64,000 bases of DNA, taken from the NCBI GenBank assembly GCA_048938445.1, contig JBHLME010000001.1:1-64000 (forward strand), written 5' to 3'. The notes under the pieces are model-generated. The model was not told the DNA's origin and did not search any database. It was given only the letters and a program-made list of their open reading frames with translations. Each line of letters opens with the position of its first letter. Within the stretch, counting starts at the first letter, position 1. Source of the stretch: Promethearchaeota archaeon. Its GTDB lineage: Archaea; Asgardarchaeota; Lokiarchaeia; Sigyniarchaeales; SOKP01. Positions 48,688-59,119 of this stretch are shown one piece after another. The translations under genes and the position numbers were made by a program.

Positions 48688-49329
48688 TTGATTTACAAGG
48701 TATACTTAATTGACGCTAACAACGGAATTTCAATATTAGAATCTACATTTAAAGAATTTGAAGATCCAAAAATTAATTCAGATTTATTTCCAGGTTTTTT
48801 TAATATAATCAATAAGATAATAGATAAAATTCAGCAAGCGATGTTAAAAAAAGAGAAAATCAATGAATTATTAAGAGTTATTGAAGCGGAACAATCTACA
48901 ATACTAATTTTTTTTCATCCAGATTCAAAAGTCCTTTTTTGTAGTATTTCGGATACAGATGATGATATTAATAAGTTAAAAGAGGTAATGCGCAAGATTG
49001 CGTCACGTTTTTGGAAAAAACATCAATCAGACTTGAGATTATTTCGATCCACATCAAATAAAAGCAAATTTCAGTCAATCATTGTTGATATTGAAAATTT
49101 GACCATAGGGGGAAAAATTGCTGAAACATTTCCAAAAATTTTAGTTGTCCCTTCAGTATTGGATAAGATTTATTCCATGGGATTAATCAATGATTTAGAC
49201 CATAAAATTGCTTTAAACTGTAATGGTAGTAATTCACCAAAAAAAATTTCGCAATTAATAGAGGTTAGTAAAGAAGATGTTTATTCTATATTAAAAAAAT
49301 TAAAAGAATTAGATATAATTTTAATCTAA
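48688..49329 (+). CDS. Longin-like domain + C-terminal winged-helix protein
   Basis: VYLID..NGI.IL...F, DLFPGFF..I, I..RF...H; C-terminal CNG..S...IS......E.V..IL.KL....II. Confidence 0.65.
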   Translation: MIYKVYLIDANNGISILESTFKEFEDPKINSDLFPGFFNIINKIIDKIQQAMLKKEKINELLRVIEAEQSTILIFFHPDSKVLFCSISDTDDDINKLKEVMRKIASRFWKKHQSDLRLFRSTSNKSKFQSIIVDIENLTIGGKIAETFPKILVVPSVLDKIYSMGLINDLDHKIALNCNGSNSPKKISQLIEVSKEDVYSILKKLKELDIILI

Positions 49330-49442
49330 TTTTTTTTAAAAAGGAACTAATAATTCGAACTTGTTCGTTTTAAATCGAAAAAAATAAAAATTATCAAATT
49401 TTCTTTAATACAAGAAAGATCATTCTATTACGTTGATAAATA

Positions 49443-50135
49443 ATGGAAGTTAAACCAATCGCTCATATAAATTCACCATCAAGAAACAATTATTATAAAT
49501 TGAGAGAAGGAAAAGGATTTTCTCTATCAGAAATTAAGAAAGCAGGAAAATCTATACAATTATTAAAAGAGTTGGGTATTAAAATTGATTATTTTAGAAA
49601 ATCAACTCATGACTTTAATGTTAAGGTATTAAAAACTCTAAAAAGTATTGAAAAGAAAGGCGAAAAACGCCAGCCATTTGTTAAAAAGGAGAAAAAGAGA
49701 ACTGCATTTAAACCTCTACCTCCAAAAAAGAAAATGAAAAAACCAGCTGCTAAGACAGTTACAAAGAAAAAATCAGCACCTAAACCAAAGAAAATAAAAG
49801 AAAAAGTTCCAAAGGTTAAGGTTGAAACAATAAAAGAAAAGACACCTACACAAGAAATTAAAAAAGAAAAAATAAAAGTAAAGACACCAACACAAGAAAT
49901 TAAAAAAGAGAAGATAGAAATAAAAACCAGTAAAAAGGAAGGCACTTCATTGACTTCACTTACAGGTCTGGGAATCACGACAGCGAAAAAGTTTGAAAGT
50001 ATTGGTGTTACCTCAGTAGAAGAGCTAATTAAAGAAAATCCCGAAGAATTGGCTAAGTTGGTTAAAGGAGCGTCAGTTGTAAGAATTTCTACTTGGATAA
50101 AAGAGGGTCAAAAATTATTGGAAGAATCAAAATAA
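49443..50135 (+). CDS. rpl13e: Ribosomal protein L13e fused via a Lys-rich linker to a helix-hairpin-helix domain
   Basis: REGKGFSLSEIKKAG...LGI.ID..RKS.H..NV..L is the L13e core; C-terminal L.GLG..TA.K...IGV.SVEEL is HhH-like. Confidence 0.85.
   Translation: MEVKPIAHINSPSRNNYYKLREGKGFSLSEIKKAGKSIQLLKELGIKIDYFRKSTHDFNVKVLKTLKSIEKKGEKRQPFVKKEKKRTAFKPLPPKKKMKKPAAKTVTKKKSAPKPKKIKEKVPKVKVETIKEKTPTQEIKKEKIKVKTPTQEIKKEKIEIKTSKKEGTSLTSLTGLGITTAKKFESIGVTSVEELIKENPEELAKLVKGASVVRISTWIKEGQKLLEESK
49839..49922 (+). repeat. 42-bp intragenic tandem duplication
   Basis: KTPTQEIKKEKI encoded twice, with copies starting at 49839 and 49881. Confidence 0.8.
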
Positions 50136-50240
50136 TCTTCCGAGATATTCTAATAAAATTATCTTTAGATATTTTATAAAATTTTATTAATACTTAATAT
50201 ATTAAGTATAAAAGAGACGTCTTTTATTAAATAAAATCAA

Positions 50241-50744
50241 TTGTTTAACATCATGCATAAAACAACATATGTTTATGATAAACCGGAATTTGGACTTAAA
50301 TTGAATTTAATGCCTATTTGGTTTAAAGAAATCGAAACTTCCGGAGATATAAATGCGGGTTCAATTATTTTAGAATCTCAAAACATATTTGATGAGTTCT
50401 GGGGTCCAATTGCACGGATGGAATTAAATTGGGAAAACAAAGATGTCAATGACTTTTACCATCCAAGAGAGGTCCAGAAAAATATTGACGTTTATAGTGG
50501 GATACAAGTAGCAGTAACAAAAAAAAAGAATGATTGGATTAATAGCCACAATTACACGATTTGGTATGGTCATAGGAGAAAATTGATTAAAACATCTTAT
50601 TATGAAGAATTATCGATTCATGGAATATTCTATTGCGATCAGTCAAATAAAATATATGATTTAAATGCTGGTGTAATTAAAGAACATTATGAAGGTTTTG
50701 AACCATATATTTTAGATGCCTTTAATTCTATTGTGTGTCATTAA
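50241..50744 (+). CDS. Hypothetical protein, possibly Mog1/PsbP-like fold
   Basis: N-terminal Y...FG..L..P.W and C-terminal F...ILD.F.S pattern. Confidence 0.5.
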   Translation: MFNIMHKTTYVYDKPEFGLKLNLMPIWFKEIETSGDINAGSIILESQNIFDEFWGPIARMELNWENKDVNDFYHPREVQKNIDVYSGIQVAVTKKKNDWINSHNYTIWYGHRRKLIKTSYYEELSIHGIFYCDQSNKIYDLNAGVIKEHYEGFEPYILDAFNSIVCH

Positions 50745-51487
50745 TCTTTTAGGATTTTAGAAAAAATAAAAAAATTATCTTTACCTGTAGAACCTCCTAT
50801 TTTCCTAATATCTTTAATTTCAAAATTACATAATAATTTTTTCACTTCTTTTTTAGAAAAAAAATGATAAAATCTTTCATGAGTTTCTTGTTTCTTGGAA
50901 ATAGTCCAAGGAATGAAATTATCACCATAATATTCAAGCCCCTTGCTTTTTTGCATTTTTTTATAGCTTGATATGAAAACACGTTTTAATTTATCAAAAA
51001 AGAAATATTTTCTATATTTTTTTTGCCATCTCCTCCAAACGGTAAATATAAAGTATCCATTTTTAGTTAATACTTGTATTATTTGATTCATTGCCCTAAT
51101 TCTGTTATTTTGATTCTCCAGATGATGAATAGTAGCAATTGAAAAAATATTCTGGACAATATTTGGTCTTATGGGTAAATTTACAACGTTTGCCATTAGA
51201 ACGTGGATATTTGATTTTTCTTTATATGAATAAATGGTGCTATCATTTAGGATTTTATTTGCAATTTTCAAAAATTCAAATGAATTGTCAATTCCAATTA
51301 AAATGTTAGATTTTTTTTTAAATAATTTAAAATGCCTTCCATTAGCACATCCAATATCTAAATTTACACCATTAAATTCATAACTTTGTGAATTTAATTC
51401 ACTAATATAATTTTCTAAAGGACCCCATGGTTTTTTTCTCTTTTGATGATAATCATCTGCGATTTTATTATAATAATTACTTTTCAT
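50741..51487 (-). CDS. Class I SAM methyltransferase (Trm9/ALKBH8-like)
   Basis: Y..IA..Y...R..PW, LDIGCANGR, SIATIHHL, VW, D.FIPW, RFYHFF. Confidence 0.8.
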   Translation of the reverse strand: MKSNYYNKIADDYHQKRKKPWGPLENYISELNSQSYEFNGVNLDIGCANGRHFKLFKKKSNILIGIDNSFEFLKIANKILNDSTIYSYKEKSNIHVLMANVVNLPIRPNIVQNIFSIATIHHLENQNNRIRAMNQIIQVLTKNGYFIFTVWRRWQKKYRKYFFFDKLKRVFISSYKKMQKSKGLEYYGDNFIPWTISKKQETHERFYHFFSKKEVKKLLCNFEIKDIRKIGGSTGKDNFFIFSKILKD

Positions 51488-51593
51488 GAATAATTACAAT
51501 TTATACGAGACATTTATTAAATAGGATATAAAATATATATTCAATTAAGGATTTAAGATTAGTATAAAAAGAATAAAATGAGAGCCTAAAAAA

Positions 51594-53327
51594 ATGGAAG
51601 TGTTAATTAATTTTTCACAGTCACTAAAAGCTCAAATCTTAGAATATTATAAAAAAACATACAAATACATAGAAGATTTATTAGCTTATAAAGAAATTAA
51701 TTTAACTGCAACCATTCTTGACAAATCACAGGAAGAAATGAAAGAAATGGTTGTAACAATGATCAAAGTCACTAAAGTTTCGTTAAAAACCATTGGAGTT
51801 CCGGAGAATCAAATTAAAAAGAATGAGAAACAAATTAATGATATAGCCAGTATGGAAGGTGTAAATTATATTAGTATAGCAGATTATTTTGATGAGATCA
51901 AGATAATTTTAAACAAATTCTTGTTCAATAGCATCATAGACTATCTCATAGATGAAGATATAAATCAATTAAATACAGCAGAATTGTTTGACCTCCTTCC
52001 AGAACATTTTAAAGAACAAATAGTCGATTTTAAATCTACAAATATCATTTCAAAAAATATTAAAAAAGAAATTAAGAATAATATTGAAAAAATAGGAGAA
52101 ATAATAGATCTTTCCACTTTGGAAATGAGAGATAGGAAACAAATGGGAGAGATTCCTAAAATAGAGCCAAAAGAGACCCCAATTAAAAACGAAATGCAAG
52201 GATTTAATCAAGCGGATATAGACCGCTTAGACTTGGTACCTCCACCTCAGAGCTCAAAAGTAGAAAAAAAAATAGTTTCTCCAAAAGAAAATTTATTTGT
52301 TTTTTCAGATAACAAACCTGGTGAAATAATAAGAGAAATGGAACCATCTCCAATAAGAACCCCGATAATAGAAGAAAAAATCGAAGAACCTCAACCTAAA
52401 GAAGATATAAAAATAACCACAATCGATGAAATTCCTAAAAATTTCTTAGATTTCTATGGCAAATTTCCTAAACTTGATAATAAAATGATAAATAAATTTA
52501 ATATCAACTCGGTAAACTTAATTAATTCAAGGGTTGCAAATCCAAGTGAATTTCTTGATCTAGAAACTCTATTTTATTATATTGCTATATTAAAAATGAT
52601 AGGAATAGGATTTCCTTTCTCATCCATCGAAATTATAGAAGTTGCAAAAAATTACATTAATGATAAAGTATTTAGTAGTTCGAGAATAAATGCTCCAGAT
52701 CCTATAAATATCTTGTTTGGTTTAGCTTTATTTTCAGAATTAAATCTTTTAGAGCGAAAAGATATAATTGATATTCATAAAATTAGAGACTTTCTAACAT
52801 CTGAATTTGCACATGCCATGCCTGAGAAATTAGATTTGAATTTTCATACACTATTAGCATTACGATTAATGGAGAGAAGAGGGATAAGTATAATTGATTC
52901 TAAAGAAATAATTGATCAGATAATTAAATTAAGTCTATCTAGTTTAGATGAACGTGAACCCATAACAGATATATTTTATCAATTAGCTTCCATCAAATTA
53001 TTTGAAAATCAAGGGAAAAAAATACCATCTACTTTTAAAGGAATGTACATGAAAGAGCTGAAGAACTTAATTCAAAAAAATGGTTCAATTAATAATCTCA
53101 TAACAGATTCCGCCAAAATGCTTTTAATTATTGATTTACTTGATTTAAAACAAAAAGAAAAGTCTATCTGTAATAAATTAATTGAATATATGATAGATAC
53201 ACCTGTCTTCTTTGATTCAAGATCGTTAAATCCAGAATTTAATTGGAAACAACATAAGTTAGCCTATGTTATTGAATTAAGGATGCTATTTTGGGCATTA
53301 CTGGCTTGTTCTCAATATGCTAATTAA
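51594..53327 (+). CDS. Large hypothetical protein (helical N- and C-terminal domains, Pro/Glu-rich linker)
   Basis: 577-aa ORF with no recognised motif. Confidence 0.6.
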   Translation: MEVLINFSQSLKAQILEYYKKTYKYIEDLLAYKEINLTATILDKSQEEMKEMVVTMIKVTKVSLKTIGVPENQIKKNEKQINDIASMEGVNYISIADYFDEIKIILNKFLFNSIIDYLIDEDINQLNTAELFDLLPEHFKEQIVDFKSTNIISKNIKKEIKNNIEKIGEIIDLSTLEMRDRKQMGEIPKIEPKETPIKNEMQGFNQADIDRLDLVPPPQSSKVEKKIVSPKENLFVFSDNKPGEIIREMEPSPIRTPIIEEKIEEPQPKEDIKITTIDEIPKNFLDFYGKFPKLDNKMINKFNINSVNLINSRVANPSEFLDLETLFYYIAILKMIGIGFPFSSIEIIEVAKNYINDKVFSSSRINAPDPINILFGLALFSELNLLERKDIIDIHKIRDFLTSEFAHAMPEKLDLNFHTLLALRLMERRGISIIDSKEIIDQIIKLSLSSLDEREPITDIFYQLASIKLFENQGKKIPSTFKGMYMKELKNLIQKNGSINNLITDSAKMLLIIDLLDLKQKEKSICNKLIEYMIDTPVFFDSRSLNPEFNWKQHKLAYVIELRMLFWALLACSQYAN

Positions 53328-53338
53328 CATTAATGGCC

Positions 53339-53977
53339 TTACTTTTTTTTATTTTCATCTAAATTTTCTATTGTTAATATAAAGTTTCTAGCTGAAGCTT
53401 CTATTTTACCAGATTTAACTGTTTCATTCCATTTTTTTATTAAAATATTATTATCTTCAATTCTTTTAATAGTATGCTTTCCTAATTCAATCCATGTACT
53501 TTTATCAATCAAGGGATTCTTACCTGAAATTCCTTCGCAATATTGGTATCCTTTGTCCGTTAGATATATTTCAATTCCCTTTTTTTCTTTTTTTTGACTA
53601 TCAAATAAAATTTTGAAAGAATAAGGAAAAGTTCTACAAAAATTAGGTCTTAGATTATATATAGAGCATTTTTTCTCTTTAGAATTATAAAAATAACACT
53701 CTCCATTTTTTTTCTTGAATAATCCTATAAAAGCAAGCCCTCTTTCAGTTTCAATAGGAGGTACCACCATTTTCTTTAAATCTTCCTCAGTGGGCTTCTT
53801 TTCAAATATATAGAAGCCCAATATCACTAAAGTTTCATCAATGGTTAGGTTTAATCCATTTTTTAATCTCAGTATATCTTGAAAAGTAACGTTGACAAGT
53901 GTATTTTTATCGAGGCAACAATTTCCACAATTATTACAAATAAATCTAAATTCCTTTTTATTTTCCATCAAAAACAA
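53339..53977 (-). CDS. YkgJ-family cysteine-cluster protein
   Basis: FICNNCGNCC, CYFY...CSIY..RP..CR.FP, CEGI. Confidence 0.85.
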   Translation of the reverse strand: MFLMENKKEFRFICNNCGNCCLDKNTLVNVTFQDILRLKNGLNLTIDETLVILGFYIFEKKPTEEDLKKMVVPPIETERGLAFIGLFKKKNGECYFYNSKEKKCSIYNLRPNFCRTFPYSFKILFDSQKKEKKGIEIYLTDKGYQYCEGISGKNPLIDKSTWIELGKHTIKRIEDNNILIKKWNETVKSGKIEASARNFILTIENLDENKKK

Positions 53978-54238
53978 TTCAGCATTAAGGTCTAAATAGA
54001 TAATAATATTTTATTTTTGAAAGTTAAAATAATTTATTCTGCTCTAATCCAAATACAAATTATCATTTTACGTAATTTAGGTAAGAAATAATATTTTATA
54101 AATAGAGAGAGGTGTTAATTTAAAATAATTTGTAAGATTGTAATAAGATCATTTATATTTAACTATAATATTTAAGATAATTTTTTAAACACATGTTAGC
54201 ATGTAAAGTATATAAGGATATGGGTATGAGTATATCTT

Positions 54239-55369
54239 ATGATTTTTCAAACTAATTTCTTAGGTAGTTTTCTATTTATTGAAATGTTATTTTTCATACC
54301 AATTACTTTATTATCAAATTTTTTTACATATAAGGTTATCAAGACACGTCGTCCAATATTTGGATATTTAGCGGCGATGAACATTTGTTATTTGTTATCA
54401 ATTTTTTTAGTATTGTTTCAATTTATTGCTAGTGATCCATTGAGAGCAGAATGGTATTTTATCTTTTCAGAAATTTCAAAAATATTGTTAATACTATTCT
54501 TGTTATTAACCTTTGAAATTTTTTATAGAAACACGCAGTATTCGAAACGACAGACAATAACAATAATTCTCGTCTTTACTATAATCGGTGGTTTAATTGC
54601 TAAACCCGAGATTGAGCTGGAAATAATTTCTGAGAGATTCAATGTCATGAGATTACCTGTATTAAGTCCTACTAGTATTCTCAAACTTTTTTTTAGTGCT
54701 ATTGTAACTGTTTTTCTAATATTTATTCTTATTAAGAGTAGGAAATCAGCGTGGAATTCTAAACAAAAAAAGTATATCTCATGGCTTTTAATAGGTTCCT
54801 TAATTGGTGTCTTAATCCCTTCACTTCTAAATTTTATTTGGGATTTATTTATAGATCCATCATTCGTTCTAGGTCAAACTATTATCATCTCAAGTCAGTT
54901 ATTTCAGTTCATTCCTCAAACTATCGGTATTTTAATTATAGGTTTAATCTTTTTTAAGATTAGCAAGAATTTATGGCTATTACAAAATCAAAAAGTCTAT
55001 TTACTCATAGTTTATTCCCATAGTGGATTAACCCTTTATTCTAAAAGTTTCATGGAAGATATTACTCCACAAGATACACAATTATTAGCGGGAGCTTTTT
55101 CAGCAATATCCTCTCTAATAAAAGACGGGACTAAAACATCTGGAGAAGTTAAAGCCATATTATTAGAAGGCAAGTTATTAAAGGTTATTAATCGAGAGAA
55201 TTTTATATGCGCTCTTTTAGTTGAATATTCTACACAAGCAACTGAAGAAGCTCATGAGAAGTTTACTTTAGAGTTTGAAAGAAAATTTAATGATAATTTA
55301 AAACATTTTGATGGTGAAGTCACTCAATTCACTTCAGCTGATAATATTAGTAATAAATACTTTACATGA
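54239..55369 (+). CDS. Seven-TM membrane protein with C-terminal longin-like domain
   Basis: About 7 TMs, then LLIV..SGL.LYS..F...QLLAGAFSAISS...F..EFE..F...L..FDG.V..F longin pattern. Confidence 0.75.
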   Translation: MIFQTNFLGSFLFIEMLFFIPITLLSNFFTYKVIKTRRPIFGYLAAMNICYLLSIFLVLFQFIASDPLRAEWYFIFSEISKILLILFLLLTFEIFYRNTQYSKRQTITIILVFTIIGGLIAKPEIELEIISERFNVMRLPVLSPTSILKLFFSAIVTVFLIFILIKSRKSAWNSKQKKYISWLLIGSLIGVLIPSLLNFIWDLFIDPSFVLGQTIIISSQLFQFIPQTIGILIIGLIFFKISKNLWLLQNQKVYLLIVYSHSGLTLYSKSFMEDITPQDTQLLAGAFSAISSLIKDGTKTSGEVKAILLEGKLLKVINRENFICALLVEYSTQATEEAHEKFTLEFERKFNDNLKHFDGEVTQFTSADNISNKYFT

Positions 55370-55449
55370 AAAGGTTTAATCTTATTTATTTATAAAAATG
55401 CATTAAAACTCTCATGATTGATTTAAATTATTCAACTATACTTTTTTTA

Positions 55450-56307
55450 CTATGAAGTAGCTTTTATGAAGGTTCCATTATTGAATTCGTTGAAAGCTAG
55501 TTGTAATTCTTCCTTCGTGTTCATGACAATTGGTCCTCCCCATGCAATTGATTCCTCAATGGGTTTACCAGATATTAAAAGAAAACGAACATGACTATCC
55601 TTTGTTGTAATTTTTATATTAGACCCTTCTTGATAAACTACGAGTTCTCCAACATTTTTTTCTCTATCGAGATTGTCATCGAAATACCCACTTCCTTCAA
55701 AAATATATGCAAAAACGGTGTTCTTACTTTTAACTTCATGGACAAATTCCGTATTAGGGGGGATTTCTATATCCAAATATTCCGGTTCTGTAATAATATC
55801 TTTTACAGGTCCTTTTATACCTTGAATATCACCACATATTACCTTTATAATTACATTATTATCAAGATTAATAATAGGTATTTGTGATTCTTTTATGTCT
55901 TGATAACGAGGATTCATCATTTTATGTGATTTTGGCAAATTTGCCCATAGCTGAAAACCCATCATATTTCCATCAGTTCTTTTTGGCATCTCTTCATGAA
56001 TTATACCACTACCAGCAGTCATCCATTGTATGTCCCCTGATGAAATAATACCTTCATTTCCCAATGAATCTCTATGCTGAACCTTTCCATTTATCATATA
56101 AGTGATCGTTTCAATACCTCGATGCGGATGCCAAGGAAATCCTTTAAGGTAATCATTGGGATTATCGGAACCAAAATGGTCAAGTAACAAAAACGGATCG
56201 AAAAGCGGTATCTCATTGTAGCCAAAGACGCGCTTTAATTTAACCCCTGCACCTTCCATCGTAGTTCGAGCTTTTAATGTCAATTTTATTTTTCTTGTAT
56301 CATTCAT
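55450..56307 (-). CDS. Pirin family protein
   Basis: DPFLLLDH, GFPWHPHRGIETITY, QWMTAGSGIIHEEMP, QLW.NLP, GPIVMNT. Confidence 0.96.
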   Translation of the reverse strand: MNDTRKIKLTLKARTTMEGAGVKLKRVFGYNEIPLFDPFLLLDHFGSDNPNDYLKGFPWHPHRGIETITYMINGKVQHRDSLGNEGIISSGDIQWMTAGSGIIHEEMPKRTDGNMMGFQLWANLPKSHKMMNPRYQDIKESQIPIINLDNNVIIKVICGDIQGIKGPVKDIITEPEYLDIEIPPNTEFVHEVKSKNTVFAYIFEGSGYFDDNLDREKNVGELVVYQEGSNIKITTKDSHVRFLLISGKPIEESIAWGGPIVMNTKEELQLAFNEFNNGTFIKATS

Positions 56308-56462
56308 AACTTTTTTCTCTAAAATAAAATTTAATTAATCATTAAACTAGATTTCAGGATTCAATATATTACTTTACGTTATAGAAAATAAAGAATTGAT
56401 AAAAAGCTCTTATTTTAAATCCAAATTTATTATAAAATTTCTTTAAAAATAAAAAAAGTTGT

Positions 56463-57884
56463 TCAAGATTCTGGTCTAAGGCCTTTTTCTAATGAATTCA
56501 TATGTGAAAGGTGTAAATCAAGTTTTAATATAACGAATAATAAGGTTATACATTCGATTACAATAAAGACAATTAAAGAGAAAAACTCTGTAATTATATT
56601 TAACAAGCTATAAATCAAAAGTATTATAAAAAGTGTTGCGGTGGTTATCATCCCTATAATCGGAAAAATTTTTCTACTTTTTGTTTTTTTTCTGACGTGA
56701 TAATTCGTAAAATTAACGAAAAAATATATCTGAGAAAATAATAATCCTGCTACTCCAGCGATTGCTAAAGCACCCCCGCTTATCATTGCTATTAAAATAC
56801 TAAATAATCCTACAATTATTATTGAAACAATGGGTTCGTGTTTAGAATTTAGTTTAGAAAGCGAGAGAGGTAATAATTTTTCTGAACCCATCATAAATGC
56901 TAAACGGGATGATCCGATAATTGTAGCATTAATAGCACTTGCGGTAGAAAAAAGAGCGCCTATGATTATTATAACGGCTCCAAAAGGCGTGAGGAATTTA
57001 GTAGCAGCTATAGCAATTGCAACTTCTGAATCATGTGCATCTTTACCCATCACTCCTGAAACACCTAATATTGATATAGCTGTAATTCCAACAAAAATAT
57101 ATATAGCCATTGAAATTATTAAGGACCATTTCATCATTCCTAATCCCCCCTTCTTGTCTTTCATTTCATACACTTCATGAGCAATTAATTGAAATCCTTG
57201 ATAAGATACTACGATTGATGCACTTCCAATCATAATTCCAATAAAATTAAAATTATGGAAGGAAGCAAAATCCAACCCTAAATTGGTGATCATTTGACTA
57301 GGTGTAGTTAAAGCATAAATCATACCAAAAATAATAAACAATCCGAGAATAATTATTTTTGTAACTACTAATATATTTTCTAAATAAGTAGAGTCCTTAA
57401 TGTTAAATAGATTAATTATCGTAAAAAAAGATATTAAACTAATGATTATGATCATTACAAACAAATAATTCACTGGAATACCAAATAAATAAAGAAAATA
57501 AATACTAAAAGTATAAGCATATAATGCCACAGTAACAATGTATCCAAAATAGAGTAATAATCCAACAATCGGACCTAATGCTTTGAATTTTTCACCAGTA
57601 AACGCATTCCTTATGATTGTATATTCCCCACCAGGACTTGGCCATACATTATTTAATTTAGAATAAGAATAAACCGTGATTAAAGCAATTAATCCTGTAA
57701 TTATATAACTAATGTAACTATATGGCCCCGTATATTCACTGATCGCCCCGATGACGCTAAATATTCCTCCTCCAATTAAACCCCCAATCCCAATCATCAA
57801 ACAACTGAATTTGGAGATGTTCTTTTCAAATTTAGATTCCAATACTTTTTTACTGCTCTTTCCATTTTTGTAAATTAAATTCAT
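56463..57884 (-). CDS. APC-family amino acid permease
   Basis: G..IGGGIF, GG.Y, Y.GF, S.SA.NA.....SR; about 12 TMs. Confidence 0.9.
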   Translation of the reverse strand: MNLIYKNGKSSKKVLESKFEKNISKFSCLMIGIGGLIGGGIFSVIGAISEYTGPYSYISYIITGLIALITVYSYSKLNNVWPSPGGEYTIIRNAFTGEKFKALGPIVGLLLYFGYIVTVALYAYTFSIYFLYLFGIPVNYLFVMIIIISLISFFTIINLFNIKDSTYLENILVVTKIIILGLFIIFGMIYALTTPSQMITNLGLDFASFHNFNFIGIMIGSASIVVSYQGFQLIAHEVYEMKDKKGGLGMMKWSLIISMAIYIFVGITAISILGVSGVMGKDAHDSEVAIAIAATKFLTPFGAVIIIIGALFSTASAINATIIGSSRLAFMMGSEKLLPLSLSKLNSKHEPIVSIIIVGLFSILIAMISGGALAIAGVAGLLFSQIYFFVNFTNYHVRKKTKSRKIFPIIGMITTATLFIILLIYSLLNIITEFFSLIVFIVIECITLLFVILKLDLHLSHMNSLEKGLRPES

Positions 57885-58012
57885 CGATAAATCTCGTTTC
57901 TGAAAAAGTAGAATAAATTATATAATTAATTTAAAATAATAAATTTTATGATAAAATCCTTGATTTTCATTAGAATGTTTGATTAAATGTTCAATATATA
58001 AAAATTAGCATT

Positions 58013-58336
58013 CTAAATAACCAAGAGTTCCCTTTCTAACTCATGGCGGATGATATTCTTTTCATCAAGCGTTAAATGTTCAATACTTTCTCCTTGAGAA
58101 TTAAGAGTATCAGGAGGGATTTCCTCCAATAAAGCGTTGATGATGATGATAGAATTAATGATGACTTGTTTGCTTTGTCTATTATTTTTAAGATCGTCCA
58201 TGAGCTTGATTAATTGTTTCGAGCGCCAAATCTCGATTTGTTGAGGATCTGTTTCTTTGCTTTCAAAGAAATCTATGATCTCAGAGTAGTAAGTTAATTC
58301 AGTATCTTGATATTTATTATCCACAGGCATTTTCAA
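58013..58336 (-). CDS. Hypothetical protein
   Basis: 107-aa helical ORF, no motif recognised. Confidence 0.55.
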   Translation of the reverse strand: MKMPVDNKYQDTELTYYSEIIDFFESKETDPQQIEIWRSKQLIKLMDDLKNNRQSKQVIINSIIIINALLEEIPPDTLNSQGESIEHLTLDEKNIIRHELERELLVI

Positions 58337-58691
58337 ATATTCCCCTACTGATACTTAATAAATACAAAAAAATTTATTTTTAAAAATTATTTTTTTTTCG
58401 TGAAATGTTGTTCGTATGACACATACATTTTTATCAAAAAGATTTAATTGTGTACAAAAAATATTTTGAAAATATTAAAAAGATTTTTTATATATAACAA
58501 ATATTAAAAAAAACTGCTATCAGTAAACTTTAAATTTAAAAAAAACATTGGATAAGTATATTTTTTTTAAAAAATATAAAAAAATGACAAATATTATTTA
58601 AACTTAATATAACTAGCGTATTTAATAAGATAAGAGCTGTTGAATGAAAGATAAAACCAGGGTCTGGCAGAAATAAATAACTAGTTTATCA

Positions 58692-59119
58692 GAGGGCGAA
58701 ATCATTTTACTACATTTAACTAAATTTTAATTTTTTAAAGGCAATAATCAATTTATTAGAATTCATAGAAAAAATATATTGTATACTTTTTTCATTGAGT
58801 AATAGCTCAGAACTGTATATATTTAATTATTTAATCCACTATAATTTTAAATAATTCATTAGATTTCATTATGGAAATTCATATCTTTAAATTTTGTTCC
58901 ATAAATTTTTAAAAAAATGTCTGAATTGCTGTTTTTCTTTAAATAGAATAAATTTAAATAATTCTTTAGTTTAACTATATTAAGAAAGAACAAAAAAGAT
59001 CAACAATGATCAATATCTAAAAAAAATTAATAAGGTTTAAGGATATAAACAATGATCCCCACCACGTCCTGGATTTTTGTCTTTTGGTTAGTGTAGAAAT
59101 ACACTTTGATTTCGCCCTC
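58692..59119. repeat. Inverted repeat pair GAGGGCGAAATCA (58692..58704) / TGATTTCGCCCTC (59107..59119)
   Basis: Perfect 13-bp, relatively GC-rich inverted match in a very AT-rich 1-kb intergenic gap. Confidence 0.7.
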
